Below, one piece after another: positions 53,466-64,000 of a stretch of 64,000 nt of DNA. Within the stretch, counting starts at the first letter, position 1, and every line of letters starts with the position of its first letter. Origin of the DNA: Lama guanicoe (Eukaryota); contig MU053881.1 of assembly GCA_013239625.1 (NCBI GenBank), forward strand, positions 14,872,373 through 14,936,372, written 5' to 3'. The notes below the pieces were generated by a model. That model was not told the origin of the DNA and did no database searches. It saw only the letters and a list, made by a program, of their open reading frames with translations. The position numbers were made by a program, and so were the translations under genes.

Positions 53466-53969
53466 TGTATAAGTCAAGATTCCCCAGGAAAACAGAACCA
53501 ATCAGTTATATATAGATATACAGAAAGAGATCCATTGTGAGAGATTGGCTTACATGATTCTGGAAGCTGAGAAGTCCCACAATCTGCCATCAGCAACCTG
53601 GAGCCCAGGAGAGTCAATGGTGTAGTTCAATCCAAACCCAGACACCCAGGGAGATGACAGTGGAAGTCCCAGCTGAGTCCCAAAGATCAAAGACCTAAGC
53701 ACCTATGTCTGAGGGCAGGAGAAGGTGGAGAGCCCAGCTTGACGAGAAAGAGCACATTCACCCTTGCTCTACTTTTTTGTTTTATTCGGGTCCTCAGTGG
53801 AGTGTTAGATGCCCACCCATATTGATGAGGGTGAACTTCCTTACTCAGTCCTCTGATTCAGATGCTAAGCCCTTTGGAAACACCCTCGCAGATGCAGCTA
53901 GAAATAATGTTTTACCAGCTCTCTGGGGACTCCTTAGCCCAGCCAGGTTGACACTCGTAATTAACCATC
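53466..53969 (-). mobile_element. MLT2 (ERV-L) solo LTR
   Basis: tgtataagtcaagattccccaggaaaacagaaccaa...ctagaaataatgttttaccagct...ttgacactcgtaattaaccatca. Confidence 0.8.
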
Positions 53970-54604
53970 AAGAGCTAGAAGAGATACTGCCAGCACCTTA
54001 TATCACACATACAAGTTCTTTCGTTAATTACAGTGACTGTCAATTGAGAGGTTATTATTCTTCTGTCCTAAGCATGTCACATGGACCATTTCATTCACTC
54101 TTCTTGACCAGGCAGGGACAGGCATGATCACCATTGTACAGAGAGGCAAAGTCACTTACCTGAGGCTGCACAGCCAGGGAGGGGCTGAGCTGGGAAATCA
54201 ATGCAGATCTGTTGGATTGAAGGATGTTTTTAGCTTCCAGAAATTTCATGCTTGTCAAATGCCTCATGGAAAGTTTGGTCACCAGCTCTCTTTTCCTTTC
54301 CCCAGAAGACCTTCTTTCTGTTCTTCAAATGCACACAGCCCCTTCTGGCCTCAGGGCCATTGCATAGGCTGTTCCCTCTGCTTGGAATGGTGTTTCCCAC
54401 ACCCCGGAGCTGCTAACACCTTCAGATCTTGCCTCAGATGTCAGGTTTTAGGGAAGCCTTCTCTAGCTTTCCCGAGATGATCAAACCACTGTGCCTGTCA
54501 TGGCCTTATTCCCTCTTCTCCCAGATGTAAATTCACTTGATGTGTTTATCTGTATTTCTCTCCCTCCCCCTGTGAAGCCTTATGAAAATCTAACATGAGG
54601 TCTA

Positions 54605-55195
54605 GATGAATTTCTTGAGGCTGCCATATAAATGGCCACACATGGCAGCTTACAACAAAAGGAATTTGCTCTCTCACAGTTTTGGAGGCCAGAAGTCTAA
54701 AATCAATGTATCATCAGGGTGGTGGTTCCCTTTGAAGGTTCTAGAGGAGGATACTTTTTTGCCTCTTCCAGCTTCTGGGGTACCAGCATCCCTTGGCTTG
54801 TGGCCGCATCACTGCAGTCTCTGTCTCCATCTTCTCACAAACTTCTTCCCTGTATTTGTGCCCTCTCCTCCTCTTAGAAGAACAGCAGTTATTGGATTAA
54901 GGTCCCCTTTACTTTAGTATGACCTCATCTTTTCTTTTAAAATTATTTTTTGTGTGTGTGTGGCGGGGAGGTAATTAGGTTTCTTACTCACTTCTTTTAA
55001 TGGAGGTACTGGGGATTGAACCCAGGACCTCGTGCATGCTAAGCATGCACTCTACCACTTAAGCTATACCTTCCCCTAGTATGACCTCATCTTGATGACA
55101 TCTGCAAAGACCCTATTTCCAAATAAGTCACATTCACAGGTACCAGGAGTTAGAACTTCAGCTTATCACCTTGGGGGCCAAATTCAACCCATAAC
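54605..55195 (-). mobile_element. MLT1 LTR interrupted by a SINE
   Basis: ctctcacagttttggaggccagaagtctaaaatcaa...tctgcaaagaccctatttccaaataag...aattcaacccataaca. Confidence 0.8.
54932..55076 (-). mobile_element. Vic-1-like SINE with a perfect 17-bp TSD
   Basis: TSD tagtatgacctcatctt at 54915-54931 and 55077-55093; antisense tRNA-like head ggggattgaacccagg...gctataccttcccc. Confidence 0.85.
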
Positions 55196-55797
55196 AATGT
55201 CTACCACGTAGTTATGCTCATTGAATGTTGGTTGAACAAGTAAATGATATTATATTGAGACTCAATTCCAAGTTTCCACTAGACCTCAGGACACGGCCTG
55301 GGAGATTAGTTCATGTGTAAAACGTGAAGTCTGCTCTCTTCCCAGCCTGAGTGAATTTCAGGAACATCTAAAGTATTCCTAGAAGGCAAAAACTACCCCG
55401 TAAACCAGGAATGACTATGACTCAGCATCTCATCGGAAAACTTAGGACAACAATAATGAAAAAAGGCCAAGCTCTCAAGCAAAAGAAAAGCATACAGATT
55501 GAAAGGACAATAAGAGGCCATGACTGGCCCTCACATCAGCCCAGGCCCAAGGGTGGGGGACAGTGCTGGGTGGGTGAGGATGCAGGACCCTGAGGATGTG
55601 AATGGTGGGGGGCATGGGCAGTTTGGGAAAAAGGACTCAAAAATGTACAAACTGTTTGGCTGAGGATTTGCACATCCAGGAATTTACTCAGATGAACTCA
55701 CATGGGTACCCACGGGACAAGGTACTAGGATTTTTACTGTTGTATGGAAAACACCAGGAGCTACGCGTGCAGAGCATACTTAATCAGAAGGGTCTGA

Positions 55798-55965
55798 GGG
55801 GGCGGGTATAGCTCATTAGAGGGGAAGGTATAGCTCAGTAAGGGGGAAGGTATAGCTCAGTGGTAGAGTGCTTGTCTAGCATGCATGAGGTCCTGGGTTC
55901 AATCCCCAGGACCTCCATTAACATAAATAAATAAACCTAATTACCTCCACACACACCCCCAAAAA
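55798..55965 (+). mobile_element. Vic-1-like SINE with a triplicated 5' head
   Basis: Three tandem gggg(aa/cg)ggtatagctca units, then gtggtagagtg...gggttcaatccccagg...ctaattacctcc. Confidence 0.8.
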
Positions 55966-56400
55966 AGAGATTCTCTCCTTGACCAAACTCAAACCAAACT
56001 CAAACCAAACTCCTCTGAGCTGTCTTCTCAACTAGGCCCCAACCTTGACCTATAAAGACTTGCACGAAACTAACATGGTAACACTAACATGATATCCATA
56101 GTAACACTAACGTGGTATCCATAGTAACACTAACACGGTATTCGACAGCTCAAGGCCATGTCCCTAGGATGACCCCAGCCCCTCTTATAGTGCCTGTCCA
56201 AGAAAACTCAGGGCTTCTGAAAGAATTGACCACTTGTTCCAGCCAAATCCTGAGGCTGAGGTCCCTTGTCTCCCGGCCTTGACGGGAGGGTAGGAGCCAA
56301 ACTTCGAGAAGCATTAGTTGGCAAACCCAGATGGGTTTCACCTGGACCAACTCCTCCTTCCTGCTTTTTGTAATTTTCACGTCTCTGATTCTACAGAGCC
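55966..56400 (+). mobile_element. Probable ERV1-class LTR fragment (MER39/MER34-like) with internal tandem repeats
   Basis: tctctccttgaccaaact...cctctgagctgtcttctcaactaggccc start; (accaaactcaa)x3 and a 23-nt gtaacactaac(a/g)tg(a/g)tatccata repeat. Confidence 0.45.
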
Positions 56401-56655
56401 CCCACAGCAGAGTGATTCAGGTTTTTTGCTTTTGGGTTTTTTTGCAGAGTATATTCCATTACAGTTTATTGTAAGATACTGGGTATAATTCCTTGTGCTA
56501 TAAAATAAATCCTTATTGCTTATCTATTTTATGTATAGTAGTTTGTATCTGTTAAATCCATACCACTAATTTGCCCCTCCCCCCTTCCCTCTCCCCTTTG
56601 GTAACCATAAGTTTGTCCTAACTGCTTCAACTGGTGTCCAGCTTCATTTATCTTT

Positions 56656-56840
56656 TTTTAAAAATAATTTTTATTTATTTATTTTAAAATTTTAAGCTTT
56701 TGGGGGGGAGGGGGTGTAACTAGGTTTATTTATTTACTTGTTCATTTTTTGAAGTTTTTTTAATGGAGGTACTGGGGATTGAACCCAGGACCTCGTGCAG
56801 GCTAAACATGTGCTCTACCACTGAGCAATTACCCTCCCCA
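56656..56840 (-). mobile_element. Vic-1-like SINE with an 18-bp TSD
   Basis: TSD ccagcttcatttatcttt at 56638-56655 and 56841-56858. Confidence 0.85.
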
Positions 56841-57548
56841 CCAGCTTCATTTATCTTTGACAAAGTGGAGTTTCTCCCTCCTTAGGGAAACCTCAGTTTT
56901 GTTCCTGAATCCTCTCAGCTAATTGGATGAGGCCCACCCCATCTGGGCAATTGGTCAGTTGGTTCCAGATGTTAACCACATCCACGAAATACTCCAAAGC
57001 AACACCTGGACTTGGGCTTAAAGGATGACTAGGCACTAATGCCTAGCCAAGCTGACATGTGGAACTAACCATTGTACTGTCTCAGGGTAATTGAGGGTTC
57101 TGGCCGCTGGTGGTAAAGTGCCCACCTAGCCATGTACTTGAGGCATCACACCCATGGCTCTGTGACCACCTGCAGAGGAGGCCACCACCCCGCTCCCCCA
57201 CAGGGCTGCCCTTGTCTATGACAGCCTTGGGAGATAGTGTGTCCTCTGGGCTCCACCTCCCCCACAGGACATCATCCAACAGGATGCTTCTCCATGTACC
57301 CCAGTGCGTCTGCTGCCCCTGGCCTTTGTCTGCACAGCTCACCCAGGTATTTCCACTCCTCTCAGCCTGAGCCAGCACTTTCTCCAGGCTTCTAAGAGTC
57401 AGTTCAGCAACTACCTGCCCCATCATCCCCTGGGTCCCTGCCAGGAGGTTAAATCCCGTGTCCCAAGAATGTGCCCCCTGAGTCAATGCGCTCCAGATTC
57501 TCTGGTCTTACATTCTGATGCCCAGATGAAACACCTTCAAAACGAAGT

Positions 57549-57640
57549 GGGGAGGATATAGCTGAGTGGTACAGTGTGTGCTTGGTGTGCATGAGGTCCT
57601 GGGTTCAATCCCCAGTGCCTCTGTTATGGGGCTAAAAAAA
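57549..57640 (+). mobile_element. Short tRNA-derived SINE adjoining an L1MB-like fragment (about 57640-58155)
   Basis: ggggaggatatagctgagtggtacag...gggttcaatccccag, then a short A tail. Confidence 0.7.
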
Positions 57641-58753
57641 GAAGTGAAAGTAGTGACTTGAACAGATGTTTGCACATCCATGTTCATAGCAGCATTATTC
57701 ATAGCAGCCAAAAATAGAAACAACCCAAACATCCATCAATGGATGAATGGATAAGCAAAATGGTACATACATGCAATGGAATATTATTCAGCCTTAAAAA
57801 GGAAGGAAATTCTGACATGTGCTGCAACATGGTTGAACCTTGAGGACATGATACTGAGTGAAATAATCTGGTCACAGAAGGGCAATACTGTATGATTCTA
57901 TTTATATGAGGTCCCTAGAGTAGTCAGCTCCATAGAGAGAGAAAACAAAATTGTGGTTGTCAGGGGGTGGGGGGAAGGGGGAATGGGGAGTTAGCCTTTA
58001 ATGAGGACAGTTTCTGTTTTGCAAGGTGAAAAAAGTTCCATGAGTGGATGGTTCCATGGGCACCACAATATGAATGGACTTACCCCACCAGAAATGGACA
58101 TTTAAAAATAGTGAAGTTGGTAAATTTTATGTTATTTTATCACAATTTTTTAAAAAGAGAGGGAATAAAGAGAAACTTCAAGGAGATGACCACCAGAGAC
58201 AGATTTCATTTGGAACCTGACTGTAACACATGAACTGTAAAAAGTCATCTTTGGAGACAGTTGGGGAAATTGGTAGATGGACGATGCATCGTGGATGCTC
58301 ATGAAAATCCCCGTGGTTTTAGGGGTGCTAAGCAGCAGAGAAACAGAAAATGACTGGAGGCTCAGAAATACTTTAAAATAGTTCAGCAAAGTAAAGTAAA
58401 AATAAATTGAAAAAAAAGGGGAGTAACCCTGAAAACATCATGCTGAGTGGAAGAAACCACAAACCCCACATAATGTATGATCCCATTTATGTGAAATGCC
58501 CAGAACAGGCAAATCCACAGAGACAGAAAGCACATTTGTAGTGTCAGGGGCTGGGGGAGGGGGTGGAGCGGGACTGCAAATGGGGACGGGGTTTCCTTCG
58601 GGGTGATGAGAAGGCTCTGGAATTAGATAGGGGTGGTGGCTGCGTAACACTGTGAATATGCTAAAAACCACTGAATCGTACATTCTAAAATCGTGCATTG
58701 TAGAGTGTGTGAGCTCCATCTCAAGAAAACTGTTTAAAAATAATGATGATAGT

Positions 58754-59207
58754 GGGCAGAAAACCTAAACAGACATTTCTTCAATGAAAATATACAAATG
58801 GCCAACAGGCACATGAAAACATACTCAGTATCACTAACTATCAGAGAAATACAAATCAAAACTACAATGGGGTATCACCTCACACCAGTCAGAATGGCCA
58901 TGATTAAAAAGTCCACAAATGATAAATGGTGGAGAGGGTGTGGAGAAAAGGGAACGCTCCTAAATTGCTGGTAGGAATGTAGTTTGGTGCAATTATTATG
59001 GAAAACAGCACGGAGGTTCCTTAAAAAACTAAAAATAGACTTACCATATGATCCAGCAATCCCTGGGCATATGTCCAGAAAAGATGAAAACTAGTTTGAA
59101 AAAATACATACACCCCAATTTCATAGCAGCACTGTTTACAATTGCTAAGACATGGAAGCAACCTAAATGTCCATTGACAGATGACTGGATAAAGAATTTG
59201 TGGTGTA

Positions 59208-59245
<38 letters not shown>

Positions 59246-59717
59246 ACATATGTATATATATGATGGAATACTACTCAGCCATTAACAAGAATGAAACAAT
59301 GCCAATAAACATGGATGGACCTAGAGATTGTCATGCTACGTGAAGTAAGCCAGAAAGAGAAAGACAGATACTATATGCTTTCACTTATATGTGGAATCTA
59401 AAACAATGAGATAAATGAACTTATTTACAAAACAGAAATGGACTCACAGACATAGAAAACAAACTTGTGATTACCAAGGTGGGAAGGGGATGAGGAGGGA
59501 TAAATTGGGAGTTTGGGATCTGCAGATACTGACTACTACATGTAAAATAGATAAACAACACGGTCCTACTGAATAGCACAGGGAATTACATTCAATTCCT
59601 TATAATAGCCTATAATGAAAAAGACTATGAAAAAGAATATAGATATGTATATAACTGAATCACTATGCTGTACACCATAAATGAACACAACATTATAAAT
59701 CAACTATACCCCAATTA
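58754..59717 (+). mobile_element. 5'-truncated L1 with a perfect 18-bp TSD
   Basis: ORF2 C-terminal and 3'UTR sequence; TSD aaaaataatgatgatagt at 58736-58753 and 59718-59735; internal (TG)n(TA)n at about 59208-59262. Confidence 0.88.
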
Positions 59718-60269
59718 AAAAATAATGATGATAGTAAAGTGAGACCAACACTTGATAATTTAGAGTCTGATAAATTCTCTCCATTTGACGGTATGTTTGA
59801 AAATTTTTATAATGAATGAAGGGAGTATTTCATGGAGGGGAATGGGATTTATTGAGCCAGAGGTTCACACCTGTCCTTCTGGAGCAAGACCTCAGTGGCC
59901 AGCCCCCTCAGCAACGTGTCCAGGTGGGAGGTGAACCCAGGGCTCACTCTAGACCTCAGGTTTGGTTGACTGCAGGCCCCTGGCTGAGCGCGGATCTGAC
60001 TTTCCCCACAGCCTTTCCGGGCCGGGACCCAGACTCCACAATCAGTAGGATCTGGGTCAGCAATCACCCAGGCCTGAGACCTCCCTGTGCCAGTCGGGTT
60101 TCCCAGGAGCGTTTGCTGAGGTGCAGAGGGAATTACTGCGGACACATCCTGGGCACATCCTGCCCCAGCCAATTTCCTTGCCCCAAGCAGAACCGGTTGC
60201 CTTTTTCGGTCTAGACTGTCCAAAGAAGGGTTGGTGTATTCCTGGTTTACCAAACTCGGCACAAGGGAG

Positions 60270-60850
60270 CCAGCTTTGCTGCGGAAAACAGGTTTGAGGT
60301 TTCTCAAACAGTTCGATGTGGAATTCCCCCACGACCCAGCAATTTCACTCCCAAGAGAAATGAAAACAGGTGTTCAAACCAAAACTTACACGTGTGTGCA
60401 GCACGAGTCAGCTACCAAAAGTGGAAGTGACCCAAATGTCTGCGAACAAAATGTGTCCAATCATCCAGTGGAACATTACACAGCTATAAAAGCGAGTGAA
60501 GCACTGAAACTCTACATCATCATGGATGAATCTCGAAACCATCACCCCTAGTGAAAGAAGCCAGACACAAAAGGCCACATATTGTATGACTCCATTTAAG
60601 TGAAATGTTCAAACAGGCAAATCCATAGCAATGAGAAAGCGGATTAGTGGTTCCCAGGGGTGAAGGAGGTAGGGGATGGAGAGTGATAGTTAATGGTTAC
60701 AAGATTTCTTTTTAGGATAATTAAAAAGTTCTGGAATGAGGCAGGGGTGATGGTTGCACAACACTGTGAATGTCCTAAATGCCACCGAATTGTTCACTTT
60801 AAAATGGTGATTTCTACATTATGGCAATTTCACCTCAATTAGACAAAAGA
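60270..60850 (+). mobile_element. L1MB-like 3' fragment
   Basis: gacccagcaatttcactccc...gtgaaagaagccagacacaaaaggccacat...tggttgcacaacactgtgaatgtcctaaatgccac. Confidence 0.75.
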
Positions 60851-62349
60851 AAGGCGGCTTTGAAACTGCTCTGCCTGTGTTGGGCTCTGCCCCTTCGCTT
60901 ACTCCCTGAATCCTCTTGGGCAAGCTGCCACCTTCCCTGGTCTCCTTTATAGTCCTGTGACCTGGGGTACTATAGCGCCCTTTCTCATCTGATCTCAATC
61001 TCTACCAGAGGGCAGGACAGGTCCCACTTTTTCCCGCCGGGTCCCCAGCATCTGACAGAGACCAGCACACAGTAGGAGTGCAGCAAGTGTTTTTTGAATG
61101 AATAAATGTTGGGAAAATGCATGAGTTCCAGGCTTTATCCGGAGCCCCTCTTTTTTCCGGGATATTTCTCCCCACTCTAGGAAGATGGGGGCCATGGGGG
61201 ATTTCACTTGGCTAGGAAACCCCTGCAGAACCCAGGCCTCTAGGGCAAGCTGGGTCCGAGCCACCCTGCAGAAGGAACAGCGGCGTGACGAGGCCTTTCC
61301 ACTCTGCGGTCAGACTCCCAGCCCCGAGAGCCATAAAACAGCTCTGCTCGGACTGGAAACATTTTCTTTTAATATATTCCTGGAGGCGTTGGCAAGACCT
61401 GCGAGGAAAATTCCAGGGGAATAGGGAGAGAGGTCTTCGGCATCCACTGAGGGCCTGGAGGGGGTAGCCAGATCTAGGGCCTTGGGGTACCCAGCATTGC
61501 TGGGGGGAGACCAAGGGGCCCCAGTAGGGCCAGGTGACTGTCAGCATGTTTTTTGGGTTTGGGAGGCTTCTGCTGACCAACAGATCTCCTTGAGTCCTGT
61601 GGTGGCGGGGGACAGCGGGTGGCCCCACCAGTTGGAGACAGTTCTCCACAAGAATTCATATAAAGCTGCTTTGAGATGTTCCCAGCAAGCAGGAGCGTGC
61701 TGAGCCCACAGAGTGCTGACGTCTGAGGAAGGAGCCTCTCAGTGCCCAGGGCAATGGGGTCTACCTCCCATGGGTCCCTATTACCCAAGGATGGAATCTA
61801 GACCTCATCGTCTGGCCTGTCTAGCTTTATTGCCCTCTCTCTCCTCACCCCATATGAGCTAGGCCCCACCACACCCAGGTCTAGTAATGCTGTCTTGTTC
61901 TCCATCACCTCCAGGTCTTTGCCCACACTGGTCCCCCACACCCTGAGCACTTTGTGGACTCTGACCTGGCTTATTCTCGTCCCTCCTTCAGTTGGAGCTT
62001 AGAGGTCCCTCCTCCTTGCCCCCCATTGCTGCCTGTGCACCCTCCATCACATCACCAGCCACCTTGGCATGTATTGAGTTTGTATGTGGTGGTTGTATGT
62101 GGTTTTTGTATGAGGTTGAAATTCTTGGTTATAAATCCTGGGGCATTGCTGGGGGAGGTCACGGAAACTCAGGCGGGTAGATGTTACTCAAACCTCATCA
62201 CTGAGGCTGGTATGTCGTTTTGTCCACAAGAAGACAGAACCCCACCTACTATGTAGATACTAACTGTACTAACTATACTTTACTCCCTGCACACAGTGGT
62301 ACATGCTGAGGGTAAAGCATGGTTTGGATTTGTATGAACATACACACAA

Positions 62350-63010
62350 AGAAGATAATTTCAGAGTGTGAGAGTGTTTGGAAGAAAATTGGGTGAAAGT
62401 ATCTTTGCTCAGGATTGGAAGGCCTCCTAAGGTTGGTGATATTTAAGCTGAGACCTCAAAGATAGGAAAGTACTGTGTAAATATGGAGAATGAGAATTTC
62501 AGACAGCAAGGATGGCTCGTGCAAAGGCCCTGGGGTGGGAAAGGGCGTGGCTGTTGGCAGAATAGTGAGGAGGCCAGTGTCACTGGAGCAGAGTGAAGAG
62601 ATGGGCCAGAGGGATAGGCCAAAGTCAGATCATGTGGAGCATTGCAGACACAGAGAAGAGGTGGAATTTATTCTGAGAGTAATGGGGAGCCATGGAGGCT
62701 GTGTGAGCCAGAGAGAAACATGATCTGATTTATGATTTTGAGACATCCTCTGTGGCTGCTGAGGGGAAGAGGAAGGGCAGTGTCCAGGCAGGAATCAGCA
62801 GGGTGGAGACCACAGCAAGGCTGCAGGGAGGGGTAAAGTGTTTGGATTTGTATGTTTTGGAGGCTGAGGGGACAAGGGCTGCTGACAAACTGAACATGGT
62901 GGGGGGTGGAGGGAGGAGCCTCAGACGCTGCCCAGGTCTCAGGCCCAGCACAGAGTGAATAGTGGGGCATTGCCTGAGACAGGAAGCCTTAGAGAGATGA
63001 CATCAGGGGA
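62350..63010 (-). mobile_element. L2 fragment
   Basis: tttaagctgagacct...gcaaaggccctgggg...ggagccatggaggct...atgatctgattt, typical of antisense L2. Confidence 0.65.
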
Positions 63011-64000
63011 CCAACAGCCATGCCTTAGCTGTGTGGTCAAGGTGTCTGGTTGGAACCACACGTCTGGGCCAGGCCGGCCAGGCTCCAGATGAAACCGTGG
63101 ACCTTGTGGGCCAAGAGTGGCCTTTGACGTCCAGGCCTGGATGGGGTCCACTGGGGAGAGGCAAGCAGGGGTCTGGGCCAAGCCCTTAACCCCCAGCCTT
63201 TGTGCAAGTGGGCAGGGCCCCCATATTCCCCATCTGGATCTTTTTGTCCCAGCTGGAAATCAGGACCAAGTCAAGAAGTCCAGATGTGGAGTTGGCTGCA
63301 GCCCCATGACCGTGCGGTTTGGGGAGGTCCGGCATCCAGGCGTCCAGAGGGTCAGGCCTCCATGTGGCCTCACTGGCCACGGCACGGCCGGGTGTGGGGG
63401 ACAGGATGGTTTCAACTTTGAGTCTCAGGAGGCAACTGCAAAGGTTAGAAAAATAACCACCAGCACCGAGGCCTCACCCCTCCTGGTGTCAACCCTAGCG
63501 CCGGGTGGAAAAACAGGTCCTGGGACCCCGGCCAACCCACAGGCCTGAGACCCGCCCAGGGGCCTGTTTAGGAGCAGGGGCGTGGGTCAGGAGGGCAAGA
63601 AGCTGGGTCCCAACATTTCTCTGGTCTATGAAAGGTGACTCAGTTTCCCATTTGGAACAGGGGGCATCACTCTGGGATCGCATCCACATTCAAGGTCTCC
63701 CAAAGCACCAGCTGCGCACCCACCAGAGGGCCGTGCTCTAGTGACCAACTCCTCAGACAAGCCTCCCAGGCCGACAGGACAGGGTGCAGGATTCCCTGGA
63801 TGCTGTCACGTCCCTGGGCCTCAGTTTTCCATCTCTACAATGGGTAGAAAAACAGCCCCCACCTCAGGGAGTCTGCATTATCCCCATGACAACTTGTCTT
63901 TGTCGAACCATCCATGACCCAGCCTGGGGCACCATGGGCAAGACCCTGGTGGTCCCAAATCTTCCAGGCCAGGGGTGCAAGTCAGCTGCTTAAAATCAGG

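Noticed and set aside
56078..56142. Short direct repeats resembling a CRISPR array
   Set aside because: Head-to-tail tandem units without unique spacers, in a eukaryotic genome with no cas genes.
44857..57640. tRNA-like sequences as true tRNA genes
   Set aside because: They carry SINE tails and TSDs, and have degenerate stems.
61000..64000. Start of the neighbouring gene expected from human synteny (COMP)
   Set aside because: No recognisable exon or coding sequence; only L2/MIR fragments and unassigned GC-rich DNA.

Overview
Mammalian genomic DNA, most likely camelid (six tRNA-derived SINEs resembling the Vic-1 family). 1-39.1 kb: the last coding exon of CERS1 (ceramide synthase 1, ...KPLRNGLVKDKRF*) lies in the same exon as the start of GDF1 (2 coding exons, 365 aa), the known bicistronic CERS1-GDF1 arrangement (+ strand). 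It converges tail-to-tail with a complete UPF1 gene (- strand; 23 coding exons plus a 3'UTR exon; 1116 aa, or 1127 aa with the long-loop donor; CpG-island promoter at about 38.6-39.1 kb). UPF1 carries several readable RNA-processing signals: a U12-type intron, the short/long-loop alternative donor, a GC-AG intron 3 nt after the stop, tandem proximal AATAAA signals and a miR-128 8-mer site. 39.2-64 kb is repeat-dense intergenic DNA with a degraded ERV-L internal region, MLT1/MLT2 LTRs, L1, L2, MIR and SINE insertions, several with target-site duplications. I see no wholly new gene system. The most interesting points are regulatory, and several are already described in human or mouse. Exon boundaries were read by eye against the remembered human proteins. 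Repeat family names are by recognition, not database search.
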